Made by a program: the position numbers and the translations under genes. From an uncultured candidate division Zixibacteria bacterium (GTDB taxonomy: Bacteria > Zixibacteria > MSB-5A5 > UBA10806), in contig CAWDFP010000007.1 in the NCBI GenBank assembly GCA_963801605.1, forward strand, positions 192,001 to 256,000: a stretch of 64,000 bases of DNA. The letters are read 5' to 3'. Of this stretch, positions 62,087 to 64,000 are shown piece after piece. The first letter of the stretch is position 1, and each line of letters starts with the position of its first letter. Under the pieces are notes generated by a model. That model saw only the letters and a list, made by a program, of their open reading frames with translations, was not told where the DNA came from and did no database searches.

Positions 62087-62935
62087 TTATTCAATTACCT
62101 TGAGAGAAAGATCCAGGACGGGAGCCGAATGCGTTATTTTGCCAACCGAAATTCTATCCACTCCAGCCGCCGCAATTCTGTGAACCGTTTCGGGAGATAC
62201 GTTGCCTGATGCCTCAAGAATAACTCCGGGATCGATCCTCTTAGCCAGGCGGACACCCTTTCTAAGCATCGGAATTGTAAAATTATCAAGCAGGATGTAA
62301 TTAGGTTTATATTCAAGCGCCAGCTTTAGCTCATCGAGATTCTTAACCTCAACTTCAATTTTGGCCCTGGTGCGTCTTTGATGAGTTTTCACCAGCCCCA
62401 AAGCTTTCTCCAATCCTCCCGCAGCCTCGATATGATTCTCTTTAATCAGATACATATCGAATAACCCCAGGCGATGGTTGGTGCCTCCGCCATCTTTCAC
62501 CGCTTGCTTTTCCAATCGCCTGAGTCCTGGCATGGTCTTTCGTGTATCGAGGAGCTTAACCGGATAATCCTTTATCGCCTCCACCATCTGCGCTGTCATG
62601 GTAGCTACGCCCGAGAGATGCCCCAGGAAATTCATGGCGGTTCTTTCACCCGTTAGAATCGCGCCCAACGGCCCTTTCAGAAGAAGAACCTCTTCTCCCG
62701 GAACAACGCGGGATGCATTTTGTTTTAGAATATTAAAGGAGATGGCAGGAGAGATTGCCTTGTAGACCCACATGAATGCCGATAAGCCGGAAATAACGCC
62801 AGTTGCTTTAGCAATAACGACAGCTTTGCCTTTTATATTTTTAAGAAGCAAAGCCTGAGTAGTGATATCGCCTTTTCCAATATCTTCAGTCAACGCCAAC
62901 TGAATAATATTCCTGCCTTCGCTGATTTTTTTCAT
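62087..62935 (-). CDS. nadC: Quinolinate phosphoribosyltransferase
   Basis: EDIGKGDITT, LLDTRKT, NHRLGL, IKENH, EVEV and LLDN. Confidence 0.95.
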   Translation of the reverse strand: MKKISEGRNIIQLALTEDIGKGDITTQALLLKNIKGKAVVIAKATGVISGLSAFMWVYKAISPAISFNILKQNASRVVPGEEVLLLKGPLGAILTGERTAMNFLGHLSGVATMTAQMVEAIKDYPVKLLDTRKTMPGLRRLEKQAVKDGGGTNHRLGLFDMYLIKENHIEAAGGLEKALGLVKTHQRRTRAKIEVEVKNLDELKLALEYKPNYILLDNFTIPMLRKGVRLAKRIDPGVILEASGNVSPETVHRIAAAGVDRISVGKITHSAPVLDLSLKVIE

Positions 62936-62942
62936 GGTGAAT

Positions 62943-63010
62943 ATTAAATGGATATGCAGGATGTAAGTCAATGGAAATATCTTGACTTGGCAACTATGAG
63001 GGCCTAGATT
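62943..63010. promoter_or_regulatory. Divergent sigma70-type promoter pair (nadC and sensor kinase)
   Basis: Minus strand TTGACT-N17-TTTAAT, 7 nt before the nadC ATG; plus strand TTGACT-N17-TAGATT. Confidence 0.5.
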
Positions 63011-64000
63011 TGAAATTGTTCGAAATGATCATTCCCCATCCCGTACCCTGCGGGAAAAAGGGTCACAACGACAAGTTGTGCTGGCTTAGCAAATTGGCTG
63101 ACGGTGATATTAATGCCGCCGCTCAAGAGGATATCCTTGTCTGCAGCGAATGTGAAGCTTTCCGCGAAACCATCAATCGCGGCTTTGGCAGACGCGGCGC
63201 AGATCTGGCCATAGGAACAGCTATTGCCAAACTTCTGGGGCAAGTTTCTGAGCGCAATATCAAGCTCGATGAAGCTCGTCAGGAATTGGAACGGAAGGTC
63301 CGGGAACTGGCCTTAATGAAGATAATCACGGATGCCGTGGTCAGAACCACCGATTTATCCAAAGCGCTAAAAATTATTTTAACCGGAGTAACATCAGGCC
63401 AGGCTTTCGGTTTCAATAGAGCTGGTATTTTTTTGGTCGATCAAAGAAATGAATATTTGGAGGGCAAAGACGCAGTCGGCCCCGAAAATTGGCAGGCCGC
63501 TACGAGAATCTGGGGTGAATTACAGCCATATAGCTTTAAGCAGCTTATCAAAAATATTCTTGAGGCTCAGGATTCGTCAAAGGATTTTCTCCATCGGCTA
63601 ATCGAACATATAAAAATCCCGCTTTCGGATAGCTCCCATTTCCTGATTCAGGCGCTTTGGGCTGAAAAGCCGATCTTCTTCCGAAGAAACGAGATGGATC
63701 GCAGACATGGCCGCTAAGATATTAAGACACACCGAGTTTAATGAATTCGTTGCGGTTCCGCTTCAAGCTGAAGGTTTACCCCTGGGGCTGATGATTGCCG
63801 ATAATTTCTATACGAAAAAGCCCATTACTGAGGCCTCGATGGACGCTCTGGCAACGCTTGGCGAATACCTGCACAAATGTTCTTGAAATCACCCTGCTTC
63901 ACGAACAACTTTCCCGACGTTTGGAGGAGCTTGAACGTGTTAACCAACTGCTGAGAGAAAATCAAAGCTATTTACTGCAGGCGGAGCGATTGGCTGACGT
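63010..64000 (+). CDS. GAF-domain sensor protein, probably a histidine kinase; partial at the window edge, two frameshifts
   Basis: N-terminal Cys motif and coiled coil; GAF domain (FGFNRAGIFL; after a shift at ~63700, FVAVPL..GLMIADN). After a shift at ~63860 the frame reads LLQAERLADV, typical of the segment before an H-box. Confidence 0.7.

Overview
This 64 kb bacterial window, about 48% GC, has no rRNA, tRNA, CRISPR array or transposase that I can see. The mix of YPNPFN/FlgD-Ig C-terminal domains and Cys-rich dockerin-like tails suggests an FCB-group anaerobe, most plausibly candidate phylum Zixibacteria (inference, not verified). Three themes are present. (1) Acyl-CoA and amino-acid catabolism: a split methylmalonyl-CoA mutase, mce, pccB, three acyl-CoA dehydrogenases, hbd, thiolase, tyrosine phenol-lyase, ornithine aminotransferase and a 1397-aa CoA-activase fusion, plus cofactor genes cobO, lipA, birA and nadC. 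(2) The conserved ffh-rpsP-khpA-rimM-trmD-rplS-rnhB cluster. (3) A dense set of exported hydrolases (M1, M4/M36, M14, C25, Ntn-type) carrying one of two mutually exclusive C-terminal tags. The strongest candidate for a little-described system is three tandem exported enzymes at 31.1-42.0 kb that share a duplicated, Cys-rich dockerin-like module, suggesting a cellulosome-like peptide-degrading complex. Other notable signals are twin divergent ECF-sigma promoters, an Arg-rich uORF upstream of rocD, a REP-like hairpin cluster and an internally deleted M1 peptidase. Many single-base frameshifts look like long-read assembly errors rather than biology.
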